This document shows, piece after piece, positions 1-11,082 of a DNA stretch of 59,117 nt. Both the position numbers and the translations under genes were made by a program. The notes below the pieces were generated by a model. That model was not told the origin of the DNA. It saw only the letters and a list, made by a program, of their open reading frames with translations, and did no database searches. Within the stretch, counting starts at the first letter, position 1; every line of letters begins with the position of its first letter. This DNA is from a virus (taxonomy: Duplodnaviria; Caudoviricetes): positions 1 through 59,117 of the IMG/VR virus record IMGVR_UViG_3300025530_000011. One strand, 5' to 3'.

Positions 1-165
1 AAAACAGGATACAAAAACATTTGTGAAATTGGAAAAGAACGCATTCGCCGTGCGGGTGAAAAAATAGTACAAGAAACAGGAAAAACAGATTTGGATATTG
101 GTTTTAAAGTGTTTAAGCTTGATTCTTTTAATGTAAACAATTTTCAAGGTAGTAAATCTTTTTAA
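1..165 (+). CDS. 3' end of type III Mod-like adenine DNA methyltransferase (5' part outside window; C-terminus short)
   Basis: Frame 1 reads KTGYKNICEIGKERIRRAGEKIVQETGKTDLDIGFKVFKLDSF..stop, a segment typical of type III Mod proteins. Confidence 0.75.
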   Translation, partial: KTGYKNICEIGKERIRRAGEKIVQETGKTDLDIGFKVFKLDSFNVNNFQGSKSF

Positions 166-389
166 CAGTTTAATGATGACGGTGTATCTGTTTTGTTAAT
201 TGATGGTTGTTTGATTTAATTTGTAGTAGGTGAATCGAATGAAAATAACAGTAACTCAAAAAGAGTACCAAAAATTAAAGGAATTATTGAATATTGTTAA
301 AGACAAAAGAAACTTGCCCGGTACTAGAAGATTAGCAATGCATGAGTTTGATTGCATTTTGCGTGATGCTATTAATCGGAGGTCTGTTG

Positions 390-830
390 ATGAAGGTTAG
401 AAAATCGGATTGGACAATAGTAAGAGGAGCAGAAGAAAAGGGTTTGGTAGCTGCTATGACAAGTTTGATCGAGCGGAAACGTACAGAATTAAATAAAGAA
501 TTAAGTGATTATTTCAGAAAAAACGTTCCTGATTATACGGGCATCTTTGATGAAGATAAATGTGAAGATGTTCTTGATAAGATCAATACATACATGGAAG
601 AAAATAACATTAATAGACATCCATTAGAGTTTCCTTTAAGCAGTGAAAGTGATGTTCGTTTAGTTCCTATAGGTGAAAACATTGAATTAAAAATATTAAT
701 TGCTGATGAATACTATGGAGATGGTGATTATGATAAATATGTTGACATTAGCTTCTTCTTGATTAATGAAAAGACAACTAAGCAGGATGTAGACGTATTG
801 ATTGAATTTGTTAGAAAATATTTGTTGTAA
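390..830 (+). CDS. hypothetical phage protein
   Basis: ORF with GGAGG RBS before ATG 390; no motif recognised. Confidence 0.6.
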   Translation: MKVRKSDWTIVRGAEEKGLVAAMTSLIERKRTELNKELSDYFRKNVPDYTGIFDEDKCEDVLDKINTYMEENNINRHPLEFPLSSESDVRLVPIGENIELKILIADEYYGDGDYDKYVDISFFLINEKTTKQDVDVLIEFVRKYLL

Positions 831-967
831 TTCAGTGGAGCTTTGGGAGGTGAACTGTTATTGGATGTAAAGTTATTGTCGGAAGTTTTAGCTGAAGTAG
901 CTGAAAAAGTAATGGATTTTAGAATATCTAAAGAGGAATTGTTTGATTTGATTGAGTCGTTTAAAGA

Positions 968-1155
968 TGAATAAATGGTGGTGTGATGATAGTATGGATG
1001 CCAGAAAATCAATTATATTATTAAGAAAATACTCAAAATGTCCAAAGTGCGGAAGTGACAAGATTGGTGATGGAGAAGGAACGCTTGAAATGGATGGTGA
1101 TACACTTAAGCGTTCTTGTAAATGTGGGTGGAGTGTAGAAATTAAAGTGGATTAA
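968..1155 (+). CDS. small zinc-ribbon protein (DUF3797-like)
   Basis: CPKCG...GEGTL...RSCKCGW pattern. Confidence 0.6.
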
Positions 1156-1175
1156 AAAAATATCTCAAATATACG

Positions 1176-1209
1176 TTGACAAAAATAAATTAAAATAATA
1201 TAATGAAAT
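1176..1209 (+). promoter_or_regulatory. consensus sigma-A promoter containing phage repeated motif (copy 1 of identical 34-mer)
   Basis: TTGACA-17-TATAAT; TTGACAAAAATAAATTAAAATAATATAATGAAAT is identical at 13609 and 46526. Confidence 0.9.
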
Positions 1210-1593
1210 AGAAGTTGATAATTGAAGGTGATTAAAAGGTGGTGAAAAAATGGACAATAAGGAAATATGGAAGGATAAATTTTATTATGATGAAAACTCA
1301 GATGTTTTAATGATTTTTCCTGATGGAGAAACTTTTGAGATCCATCCCGTAGATGCATCAATTGAAAGTAAATAAAAATATTAGATAGTTTAAACTGCGG
1401 CAACAGTTTGAATTATGATGGTGTTGGTAGCGGCAACTACCATATTCTTTTAAAACTTCGTTTTTGATAAGTCTTTTTCTTATTAAAATAGTGTACTACA
1501 ATTTTGTTGAAAGTTTTGATGAATATTTTAATTAAAGGTGAAATGAAAGCTTCTTCAATTATTAAAAATCAAAAAGAACTGGAGGAAAAATGA

Positions 1594-2013
1594 GTGACAA
1601 TTGGATATTACATTGTGCAAAACGGGGACAATGTTTTAGGAACTATAAATAAAAGAGATAATAACCAAACAACTTTTGCCACCTATAAAGATGCAACAAT
1701 AAATATGGAATATAAGATTGAAATTGTAGATGCTTTAACAAAAGAAATTGTTACAACGTTTGATCTTAAAGATATTATTTTTGAAGCGTTGGCTGAAAAA
1801 GAAAAAACAAAAGCTTCTACCCTTGAAATTACAGAAAAAGGTGGATGTGGATGGAAAACTATCGATTCGCAAAGTGGAATTAGGATTAAGCAAAACATTG
1901 AAAAAAGCCTTGAAGATCTCGCAAGAGAATTACTTGACATCTATGATAAGCGAGTAGAGAAAATTGCAAAGCGAATCGTTTTTGAAGAGTTTAAGAAGAA
2001 GTTGGGCAAATAA
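1594..2013 (+). CDS. hypothetical phage protein
   Basis: GGAGG RBS, 139-aa ORF. Confidence 0.6.
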   Translation: MTIGYYIVQNGDNVLGTINKRDNNQTTFATYKDATINMEYKIEIVDALTKEIVTTFDLKDIIFEALAEKEKTKASTLEITEKGGCGWKTIDSQSGIRIKQNIEKSLEDLARELLDIYDKRVEKIAKRIVFEEFKKKLGK

Positions 2014-2042
2014 AAGATAAATTTTATATAGGAGGAATTGTA

Positions 2043-2237
2043 ATGAGTAAATTTAAAGTAGGTCAAGAGGTAACATTGTTTGTAAAAGGTGCAGGGGTAA
2101 CTTCTAAAGAGCAACATGTGATAGAGAAAATTGCTGATGGAATAATTACCCTAGAAGATAGTGATAAAAAGTTTGATCTTAATGGAAAATGTACAGAGGT
2201 TGACAATTTTTTTGGTTTTAGTTTCTGGATTGAATAA
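2043..2237 (+). CDS. small hypothetical protein (SH3/KOW-like start)
   Basis: AGGAGG RBS; MSKFKVGQEV N-terminus. Confidence 0.6.
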   Translation: MSKFKVGQEVTLFVKGAGVTSKEQHVIEKIADGIITLEDSDKKFDLNGKCTEVDNFFGFSFWIE

Positions 2238-2326
2238 GTCTTTCATTTTTATACATGGCAAAAATTAGCTTTATCAGCTAATTCAAAATAAATTAAATTG
2301 ATATAGTATTATAAGGAGGAAAATTA

Positions 2327-3250
2327 ATGGCTGAAAACACTTTACGACAAGCTCTTAACAATGTGGTGATTGAAGGAGTCCTTTTGGAAAAACGGATGGA
2401 GATTAAAGGCGATAAAGAGGAAGATAAATACATAACTGGTGAATTAGATATTAGAGTTAAAGAAAATGAAGTACATACTGTAAGAGTTTTTTCTAAAAAA
2501 TACAAAAGTGATGGTAGTGAGAACAAATCTTTCCCAGGATTGTTAACAGTTTTAGAGGAATATAAATCTGTTGCTGAATTTGGTGAAGAAGAAGCAGATA
2601 AAGTAAGAGTGTCACGGGGCAACATTCAATTAAATGAATATTACGGACAAGATGGGCAATTGAGATCGTATCCAAGTATTAGAACTAATTTTATTAATCG
2701 TGTCGATGTCGCTAAAGAAGGTTTTGAACCACGGGCTGAATTTGAAGTAGAACTATTTGTTAAAAGTGTACGAGAAGAGACAAATAAAGAAGGAAATGAA
2801 ACGGGACGTGCAGTGTTAGATGGTTATATTCCTTTGTTTGGTGGAATTGTAATTCCGTTTACATTCAAGGTAAACCAAGAAGGAGCAGAATATGTTTTAG
2901 ACAATTATGAAACTGGACAAACAGTATCAATCTATGGTGACATTATTAATCACCATGAAAAAATTGTAAAGAAAAAAGAATCTGCTTTTGGTAAAGATAA
3001 AGAAATTATTTCTAACAATACGATTCGCGAATATTTGGTAACTGGTGGTTTTGAACCGTATGACGAAGATGATGAAAAAGCTTATAATCCCGAATTAATC
3101 AAAAAAGCTTTAGTTGAGCGTGAAACATATTTAGAAGAATTAAAAAATCGGGATAAAGATGCTAAGAAAGAAACAAAAAAAGGCGGTTTTGGTTCTAAAT
3201 CGAAATCATCTAAGAAACCAGAAATTAATCCAGATGATCTTCCTTTCTAA
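2327..3250 (+). CDS. single-stranded DNA-binding protein (SPbeta YorF-like)
   Basis: OB-fold-like N-terminus, acidic DDLPF C-terminal tail, first gene of the replication module. Confidence 0.8.
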   Translation: MAENTLRQALNNVVIEGVLLEKRMEIKGDKEEDKYITGELDIRVKENEVHTVRVFSKKYKSDGSENKSFPGLLTVLEEYKSVAEFGEEEADKVRVSRGNIQLNEYYGQDGQLRSYPSIRTNFINRVDVAKEGFEPRAEFEVELFVKSVREETNKEGNETGRAVLDGYIPLFGGIVIPFTFKVNQEGAEYVLDNYETGQTVSIYGDIINHHEKIVKKKESAFGKDKEIISNNTIREYLVTGGFEPYDEDDEKAYNPELIKKALVERETYLEELKNRDKDAKKETKKGGFGSKSKSSKKPEINPDDLPF

Positions 3251-3325
3251 TAAAAATAAATTAAATTAATACATACATATAAAAGAATTAAATTATTATA
3301 GCTTACAAGGAGGAAATTTATACAT

Positions 3326-4303
3326 ATGTCACTCGATATCTTTAATCCGCAAATTTCTGTTGTTGCAAAAGGACTTGAAGGAAAAGTTATAACGATTTAT
3401 GGAAGCAACAACTTGGGGAAAACTAAACAAGCAACCAGAATGAAGAAGCCTTTCTATCTTGGTTTTGAAAAAGGAATCCGCGCTATTAGCGGAGTTCCTT
3501 TCTTACCAATCAATAATTGGAGAGACTATAAGAAAATCAATAAACAATTAACTGATCCTAAAAACTTAGAAAAAGCAAAAGAATTATATCAAACAATTAT
3601 TTTTGATGAAGTTTACGCTAGTGCGCTATATTGCCAAGAATTTATTTGTAAAAAATACGGGGCTGAAACAGTAGGTGAGGGAAATAACGGCTACGGACTT
3701 TGGAAAGAATATGAGACTGAGTATTGGAGTGAATTAAACAAATTAATAGGTGCTGGTTATACATTAATTTTTATCGCTCATGAGGATGAAACAAAAGATG
3801 GTAAAAAGATTCCAAAAGGTGATAAACGTTCGATTAAGCCAGTTATTGATAACTCAGATATTGTAGCTTATTTAGTTAGCAATGGAGTAGATGAAAATAA
3901 TCAAGTGATTAAATCATCTGCATGGTTTGCAGAAACAGACAAATTCTTTGCACGTTCAAAATTTGATTATATGACCACATATATTCAAGAATTTACTGCT
4001 GAAAATTTAGAACAAGCTATTATTGAGGCTATCGAAAAGCAAGAAGAGGCAGAAGGAATTAAGGCAGTATCTTATGAAGAACAAAAAGAAACTTATCAAT
4101 CAGAAGAATTGAATTTTGATGAATTGGTACAACAAATTAATGAAATTGGCACAAAATTGGCTGAAGAAGATAGGGTAGAAGAAGTTGTAGACATCATTGA
4201 AAAATATTTAGGAAAAGGCAAAAAAGTGTCCGAAGCTAAGAAAAATCAAGTAGAAATTTTGGCTGTCATTTTAGACGAACTTAAGGATTTATTAGATGAA
4301 TAA
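3326..4303 (+). CDS. AAA ATPase / Sak4-like recombination protein (YorG-like)
   Basis: Walker A GSNNLGKT, Walker B IIFDE, FIAH motif. Confidence 0.8.
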   Translation: MSLDIFNPQISVVAKGLEGKVITIYGSNNLGKTKQATRMKKPFYLGFEKGIRAISGVPFLPINNWRDYKKINKQLTDPKNLEKAKELYQTIIFDEVYASALYCQEFICKKYGAETVGEGNNGYGLWKEYETEYWSELNKLIGAGYTLIFIAHEDETKDGKKIPKGDKRSIKPVIDNSDIVAYLVSNGVDENNQVIKSSAWFAETDKFFARSKFDYMTTYIQEFTAENLEQAIIEAIEKQEEAEGIKAVSYEEQKETYQSEELNFDELVQQINEIGTKLAEEDRVEEVVDIIEKYLGKGKKVSEAKKNQVEILAVILDELKDLLDE

Positions 4304-4314
4304 TAAACAATTAT

Positions 4315-4346
4315 ATAGGGAGTAATTGCACTCCCTATCCTTTTAT
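4315..4346 (+). terminator. probable intrinsic terminator
   Basis: ATAGGGAGT/ACTCCCTAT stem followed by a T-rich tract. Confidence 0.6.
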
Positions 4347-4368
4347 CTTTTTAAGAAGGTGGTAGAAA

Positions 4369-4842
4369 ATGGGGAGACAAGTTATATGTCCTTATTGTAA
4401 AGAAAAGTTAGATAAAGATGAAGCGCATCCATATAAAAAACGTTATTATCACGAAAAATGTTTTAATGAATGGCAAGCGCATAGTCAGCACAGGAAAGAT
4501 TTGATAGCCTATATCTGCGAATTACATAATCTTGATGCTCCTACTGGAATGATATTAAAACAGATCAAAGAGTTTGAGAATGACTACGGTTATAAGTTGA
4601 AAGGTATGGAGTTAGCTTTGAGATATTTTTATGAAACACTGGGAAATCCCGTTAGAGAAGGTGACGGAATTGGGATTATTCCTTATGTTTACGAAGAAGC
4701 AAAAAAGCATTATATAACAAAAATGAAAGTTGAAGAAAGTGTGGCAAAGCATGAAAAGCTAGAAAAAGATTATTTAGTCACTATAGATTTAAGTAAAAAA
4801 TCTCATTTTAAAAAGAAATTAATTGATATTTCATCTATTTAG
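4369..4842 (+). CDS. Zn-finger replication protein (YorH-like)
   Basis: CPYC...YHEKC; lies immediately before the helicase. Confidence 0.65.
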   Translation: MGRQVICPYCKEKLDKDEAHPYKKRYYHEKCFNEWQAHSQHRKDLIAYICELHNLDAPTGMILKQIKEFENDYGYKLKGMELALRYFYETLGNPVREGDGIGIIPYVYEEAKKHYITKMKVEESVAKHEKLEKDYLVTIDLSKKSHFKKKLIDISSI

Positions 4843-4854
4843 AGGAGGCTTCGA

Positions 4855-6369
4855 ATGCTACAAGATAAAAAATCAATTATTCAAGTGCTTGGATGTTTAT
4901 TAAAACAACCAAGTCTTTTAAGTAGTGCTTATGATTACTCGCTTAACAAAGATGATTTTCCTGAACAATTTCATAAAATCATCTTTGCTGCCATACATAA
5001 TCTTTATCAAAATGGAACAGAAGAAATAGATGCTGTTGCCATTGATGGTTTTTTATCCAATTACGATATCCAGTACAAAATATTCAATGACAATGATGGC
5101 GTAAAGTATTTATATCAAATTCAAGAGTTAAGTAATCTTGATAATTTTGATTATTACTATGAAAGACTTAAAAAATACAGTTTTTTGAGATCGTGTAAAG
5201 AAAAAGGAATTAATATTGATGAAATTTATAATGAGGATTTGGTCGATCCAAAAGAGCATGAAAAGATGCAGGAAAAATTTGATTCTTATACTTTAAATGA
5301 TTTAATAGCAATAGTTGAAAAAAAGATTGTGGGATTAAAAGAAGAGTTTAAAACCAATAAAAATTCTAGTGATATTCAAGGTGCAGATGGAATTGAGGAA
5401 TTAATTGAAGACTTAAAACAAAATCCTGATTTTGGCGCTCCTTTATGTAGCAAATATTTAAATACTATTTGTCGAGGGGCTAGAAAGAAAAAGTTTTATT
5501 TAAGATCAAGTATTTCAGGTGGAGGAAAAACAAGGCTAGCATTGGCTGATTTGTTGAATATTGTAGTTGATGAAATTTACGATACTGAAAAACAAAAGTG
5601 GGTATTCAACGGAGATAAACAAAAAGGTCTTTTCATAACAACAGAATTATCATTTGATGAAATTCAAGTGCCAGCCATTTCTTTTATTAGCGCTGTACCG
5701 GAGAATAAAATACTTAGAAATTCTCTTTCTGAAGATGAAGCTGAAAGAGTAAAAAAAGCAATAGAGATTTTAAAAAGAAGTGATTTTTGGATTGCTCATT
5801 TGCCGGATTTTGATGTTAATGACATTGAGCAAGTAATAGAAAAACATATCTTAAACAATGGTGTTGAATATGTTGTTTTTGATTACATACACAGTTCTAT
5901 GAAGCTATTATCATCGATTACTACTAAAAGTAAAGTAAATATGAGGGAAGATCAAATTTTACTTTTACTGTCGGACAAGTTAAAAACGATTTGTAATAAA
6001 TACGATGTGTGGCTCTTAAGTGGAACACAACTTAATGGAGAATGGAAAAATTCTAATAATCAAGATGCTAGTTCTATTAGGGGTAGTAAAGCAATTATCG
6101 ATAAAACAGACTTTGCAATAATTTCTTTACCAGTTACAAGACAAGATTTAGATAGTTTGGAGCCGATTTTGAGAAATGGGTATTATCCTAAGCCCAACTT
6201 GGTTTTTAACGTTTTTAAAAATAGGAGAGGAGAATACAATAACGTAAAAATTTGGGTCAATGTTGATTTAGGGACATTAAGAACCAAAGATTGTTTTGTA
6301 ACAAATGATTCCTATGAGATTCTAAACATTCAACCAACAGAAATTAAAGTTAAAAAGTTTGATTTTTAA
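4855..6369 (+). CDS. DnaB-like replicative helicase
   Basis: SISGGGKT, FITTEL, VVFDYI, GTQLN, IRGSKAI, FKNRRG motifs. Confidence 0.9.
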   Translation: MLQDKKSIIQVLGCLLKQPSLLSSAYDYSLNKDDFPEQFHKIIFAAIHNLYQNGTEEIDAVAIDGFLSNYDIQYKIFNDNDGVKYLYQIQELSNLDNFDYYYERLKKYSFLRSCKEKGINIDEIYNEDLVDPKEHEKMQEKFDSYTLNDLIAIVEKKIVGLKEEFKTNKNSSDIQGADGIEELIEDLKQNPDFGAPLCSKYLNTICRGARKKKFYLRSSISGGGKTRLALADLLNIVVDEIYDTEKQKWVFNGDKQKGLFITTELSFDEIQVPAISFISAVPENKILRNSLSEDEAERVKKAIEILKRSDFWIAHLPDFDVNDIEQVIEKHILNNGVEYVVFDYIHSSMKLLSSITTKSKVNMREDQILLLLSDKLKTICNKYDVWLLSGTQLNGEWKNSNNQDASSIRGSKAIIDKTDFAIISLPVTRQDLDSLEPILRNGYYPKPNLVFNVFKNRRGEYNNVKIWVNVDLGTLRTKDCFVTNDSYEILNIQPTEIKVKKFDF

Positions 6370-6406
6370 ATGATTTTAAAATTGTAATAAGGGGGTTGAT
6401 CCCTTA

Positions 6407-7528
6407 TTGTTTTTGGATAAAGACAAAATTCGAGAAAACTTAACTTTAGACGATATAAAGAAAATATTAAATGATTTAGGTAGTAGCGAACCAAAAAAAG
6501 ATAATCAAGGAAATTTGATTTTCCAAACTGTCTGTCATGCAGGAGAAAAACATAAATTATATTATTATAAAGATTCAAAGCAATTTCATTGTTTTACACA
6601 ATGTGGACTATCATTTGATGTTTTTGATCTTGTTATAAGAGCTAAAAAACATCAAGGAGAAACTTTCTCTTTTCCAAAAGCTGTTAAGTACGTAGCGAGA
6701 CTAACGGGAAAAACTTTTGGTACTGGTTTTCCTTCCAATCAACAAAATAGTGAAATCATAACTGATTGGGAATGGATAAATAAATTTGAAAAGAAAGAAA
6801 AAATCAATATTGAGTTGCCTGAATATGATGAACGAGTGTTAGATGTATTGTTGCCTTATCCACATATTGACTGGATTGAAGAAGGAATTTCTTATGAAAC
6901 ACAAAAGAAATTTGAAATTGGATATTACATGAGAGAAGAACGGATTGCAATTGTACATCGTGACATTAAAGGAAGATTCGTAGGCTTACGTGGAAGAGCA
7001 ACAAGACAAGAAGATATTGATAATGGTAAGAAATACATGCCCATTACCATTGGTGGACAATTACTAAATCACGCGACACTTTTAAACTATTTTGGTATCC
7101 ATAAAACCAAAGATGCTATTAAACGATTAAAAAAAGCAGCAATATTTGAAGCAGAAAAATCAGTTTTAAAATGTGAAGATTTTTATGGTGAAAACAATTT
7201 TAGCGTGGCTTGTTGTGGTAGCAATGTAAGTACATTTCAACGAGACATTTTGTTGTCATTGGGTGTTGAAGAAGTATTTATTTGCTTGGATAAGTTTAGA
7301 GATAAAAAACCTGATGAGACAGATGAGGAATATGAAGAAAAAGTAATCGATTATCAAGAAAAATTGCTCAATATTGCAAGGATGTTTTCTCCTTATGTAA
7401 GAGTCTATATTATATGGGATTTTAAAGGATTACTTGATTTTAAGGATAGTCCGGCAGATAAGGGCAAAGAAGTGTTGGAAGAATTGATGAGAAACAAAAT
7501 TGAAGTGGGAACATTGGGTAACGAATAA
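6407..7528 (+). CDS. DNA primase (Zn-binding + TOPRIM)
   Basis: CH..HCFTQCG zinc site, IFEAEKS, ICLDK, KDSPAD. Confidence 0.85.
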   Translation: MFLDKDKIRENLTLDDIKKILNDLGSSEPKKDNQGNLIFQTVCHAGEKHKLYYYKDSKQFHCFTQCGLSFDVFDLVIRAKKHQGETFSFPKAVKYVARLTGKTFGTGFPSNQQNSEIITDWEWINKFEKKEKINIELPEYDERVLDVLLPYPHIDWIEEGISYETQKKFEIGYYMREERIAIVHRDIKGRFVGLRGRATRQEDIDNGKKYMPITIGGQLLNHATLLNYFGIHKTKDAIKRLKKAAIFEAEKSVLKCEDFYGENNFSVACCGSNVSTFQRDILLSLGVEEVFICLDKFRDKKPDETDEEYEEKVIDYQEKLLNIARMFSPYVRVYIIWDFKGLLDFKDSPADKGKEVLEELMRNKIEVGTLGNE

Positions 7529-7549
7529 TTAATAATGGAGTGTGTTTAT

Positions 7550-9264
7550 ATGAAATATGAATTAATTGGACGAAATAATTTTCTAAATCCAATCGAAACA
7601 ATATTGTACAACAGAGGGATAAATGATGTAGAACGATACTTAAATGCTAGTGCAAAAGATGTTATCCATCATTCTAAATTAAAAAATATTGATAAAGCTG
7701 TTGAATTATTAATTTCTAAAGTGAAAAGAGGTGGTTTGAAGGTATTCGTTCAGGCGGATGCCGACCTTTAGATGGCTATTGTTCAGCTACGATTTTAATT
7801 AATTATTTAAATAAGGTTTTTGATAAACAAATGAACATTCAGTGGAGAGTACATGAAGGAAAAGAACATGGTTTAATTGTAGATACAATCCCAAATGATG
7901 TAGACATTGTATTTTCTCCTGATGCTGGTTCTAATCAATATGAAGAACATAAGCAATTAAAAGAAAGAGGAATTGATGTAATAGTTTTAGATCATCATGA
8001 ATGTGAAAAAGAATCTGCCGATGCCGTTGTTGTTAATAATCAACTGTCTCCAGATTATCATAATAAAAGTTTAGTAGGCTCAGGCATAGTTTATAAATAT
8101 ATTAAAGCAATAGATGAAAAATTAGGAATTTCACACGCTGATTATTATTTGGATTTAGTAGCAGTTGGTTTAATTGGTGATATGGCTGATTTACGGGAAT
8201 TAGAGACAAGATATTACGTCAATAAAGGATTAGCTCAAATAAATAATCCTTTGTTAAAAGCACTTTATGAAAAACAGTTTTTCTCGACTAAAGGCGTAAT
8301 TAACGTTATAAATACACAATTTTACATTTGTCCATTGATTAATGCTGCTATTCGTACTGGCAACATGCAAGAAAAGCTACAAATGATGAAAGCATTTCTT
8401 GGCTCAAAAGAATTGGTTTTCAATTCTCGTAAAGAAGAATCAGAGGATATACAAACTGCAACTGCAAGAATGTTGGTTAATATTAAAAATCGACAAGGTA
8501 AATTGAGAGACAAAGGAACTGCTTTAATTGAAAAAAGAATAGAAGATAAAAATTTACTTAATAATAAAGTGTTAATCGTAAATGTAACTGATATTCTTGA
8601 CAAAAATCTAACCGGACTTGTAGCCAATGCTCTTGCAAAATCCAAAAAACGTCCAGTATTGCTTGTTAGATACGATGAAGAAGAAGGTGTAATGCGTGGC
8701 TCGGCAAGGGGATATGATAAGGGAGTAATAAAAGACTTTAAAGCATTTTTAAATAATATGGATAAATTTAATTATTGTGAAGGACATGCCAATGCCTTCG
8801 GTGTATCTATTCAAATTGAAAAATTAATCGAAGTAAATGAATTGATTAATGAATTGTTAAGAGATGTAGAAATTGATATTGATGTTTATGAAGTTGATTT
8901 TATAATTCCTGCAAACCAACTTTCAAAAAGTTTTATAAATGAAATATATCAATATCTGCATTTATGGGGATATAAAGTTGAAGAACCTTTAATTGCAATA
9001 AAGGAAATTGAAATAAACAGTGATCAAATACATCTTATAGGCAGTAAAAAGAATACATTGAAATTTACATATGAAGGAATTGAATACATAAAATTCTTCA
9101 GTAGCGTGGAAGAATGGGAGAGTTTGACCAAGAAAGAAGAAAAGTTAGTAATTGATGTTGTAGGCAAATGTTCTTTAAATGAGTATCGTGGAAAGATTAC
9201 TCCTCAAATTGTTATTGAGGATTATGAAGTAGTGAAGACAAAAAAGAAAGAATGGGTGTTTTAA
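7550..9264 (+). CDS. recJ: RecJ-like DHH ssDNA exonuclease, frame-broken at 7766-7771 (recoded, pseudogene or sequence error)
   Basis: Upstream frame ends VFVQADADL-TAG; the next frame continues DGYCSATILINYL, then LDHH, IGDMADL, GSARG, GHANAFG. Confidence 0.8.
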
Positions 9265-9292
9265 ATAAATTAAAATAATAAGGAGTGATTGT

Positions 9293-10702
9293 GTGGGTTA
9301 TTTCTCGGTTCACAATCATAGCATGTTTAGCAATATTAGGCTTGTTGATTCATTAAACAGACCAGAAGAGCTGATTTCTTATGCAAATGAAATTGGTTTG
9401 AAAGGTATTTGCCTTTCAGACCATGAGTGTTTGTCCGGTCATGTTAAATTCATTCAAGCATATAAAGAAGCCAAAAAAGAAGGAAAATTAAGAGATGATT
9501 TTAAAATCGGATTAGGCAATGAAATATATTTGGTAAAAGAAGACTCACTTGAAGAATTAAAAGAAAATTACACAAATAAAAATGAAGATACAAAATTTTA
9601 TCATTTTCTTTTATTAGCTCGTAATAAAAAAGGTTATGAGCAATTAAAAATCTTGAGCAGTATGGCGTGGGAAAACATGTTTTCCACTGGATTGATGGAG
9701 CGTGTACCAACATTTAAGAAAAACTTAAAAGATGTCATTAAAAAAGGTGATGTAATTGCTTCGACGGCCTGTCTCGGAGGTTTCGTTGCACAAACGATTC
9801 TTAAGTGTCTTGAAGCCAAAGAACAAAAAGATGAAAATAAATTAAATTATTACAAAAAAGAATTAGATAACTTTGTAAATTTTTGTATTGAAGTTTTTGG
9901 TAAAGATTGTTTCTTTTTTGAAATACAACCATCTGATAATAAACAACAAAAAATTGTTAATAAGAAACTGGTTGAACTTTCTAAAGTCTATGATATTGAC
10001 TATATTGTTGCAACGGATGGACATTACCTGAAAAAAGAAGATAGGTACGCTCATAAGGTATATCTTCAAAGTCAGGATGGAGAACGGGAAGTAGATGATT
10101 TTTATGATGCTACATACATCATGAGTGAAGATGAAGTAAGAAATTATTTACGAGATCATTTGTCTGAGCAAGAAATTGATAAGGCATTTGAAAATACATT
10201 GAAAATTTATGATATGATTGAATTTTTTGATTTAAAGCAACATACAGTTATCCCACATGCTAAAATTGAAAATTTTCAAGTAAACCATATATTTAAGCCT
10301 GCATATGACAAATTTGAATACATTGAAAAATACGCCAATAGTAAATATCAGATAGACCAATACCTTTTGTATTTAATTGAAGAAGGATTCAAAAACAAGA
10401 TGAAGAATCCCGATTTGACTAAAGAATATTTCTATAAAGTAATGGATCGAATAAATACTGAACTAAGAGAGCTTTGGTTAATATCAGAAAAATTAGGAGA
10501 CAGGATGTCTTCTTATTATGTTTTAACTAAACAAATTGTTGATATTATTTGGGATAAAGGTGATTCGCTTGTGGGAGTCTCAAGAGGTAGTGCAGCAGGA
10601 TTTCTTATCAATTATTTAATTGACATTATTCAAGTAAATCCATTGGATTATAACTTGCCACATTTTAGACATTTGACTGCGGAACGTCCAGAATTACCCG
10701 AT
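9293..10702 (+). CDS. dnaE: DNA polymerase III alpha subunit, exon 1 (PHP domain to RPELPD)
   Basis: HNHSMFS, LSDHE, STACLGG, ATDGHY, SRGSAAG; ends at the catalytic motif PD. Confidence 0.9.
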
Positions 10703-11082
10703 TATAGATTAGTCGCCTATATTGGTAACAATATAGTGAAAAGTTGGTGAACCTGTATTTGCAGGGTGTGTCTGTTGTATTAACAGATGCTAACAGTGGA
10801 AACCTAAGTTATTAATTAAAAAATTAATAATATGGTAACACTGTGCCAAGCGTTTAAGTCATGTTGTGAAACACACTTAAACGAAGGTTAAACGACTATC
10901 CCGTTGGCGGTGAAATTCCGCAATAGGAGTAGGGCTTGCTGAAATGCAAGTGGGTGAGAATCCCTTAAATCGAAGTGCCAACTGTCCTCATATAAATAAA
11001 TTATATGAGTGATAATGATATAGTCTACTCCGACTCTTGAAATAAAGAGTGTTAAAGTATTCCGAAAGGAACGGTATAAAGG
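10703..11082 (+). ncRNA. group I intron (380 nt, no ORF) in dnaE
   Basis: Exon ends in T and intron ends in G. P1 CGATTA/TAGTCG has a U-G pair at the splice site; P7 strands GACTA and ATGATATAGTC. Removal restores ELPD-IDLDSQ in frame. Confidence 0.9.

Noticed and set aside
6830-6847. Partial match (15/18) of the spacer 3 3' end to the primase gene
   Set aside because: The 5' seed half of the spacer does not match; likely chance in AT-rich DNA.
10703-10750. Extension of the dnaE ORF to 10750 and ATG starts at 11224 and 42141
   Set aside because: Artefacts of reading into or out of the group I introns.
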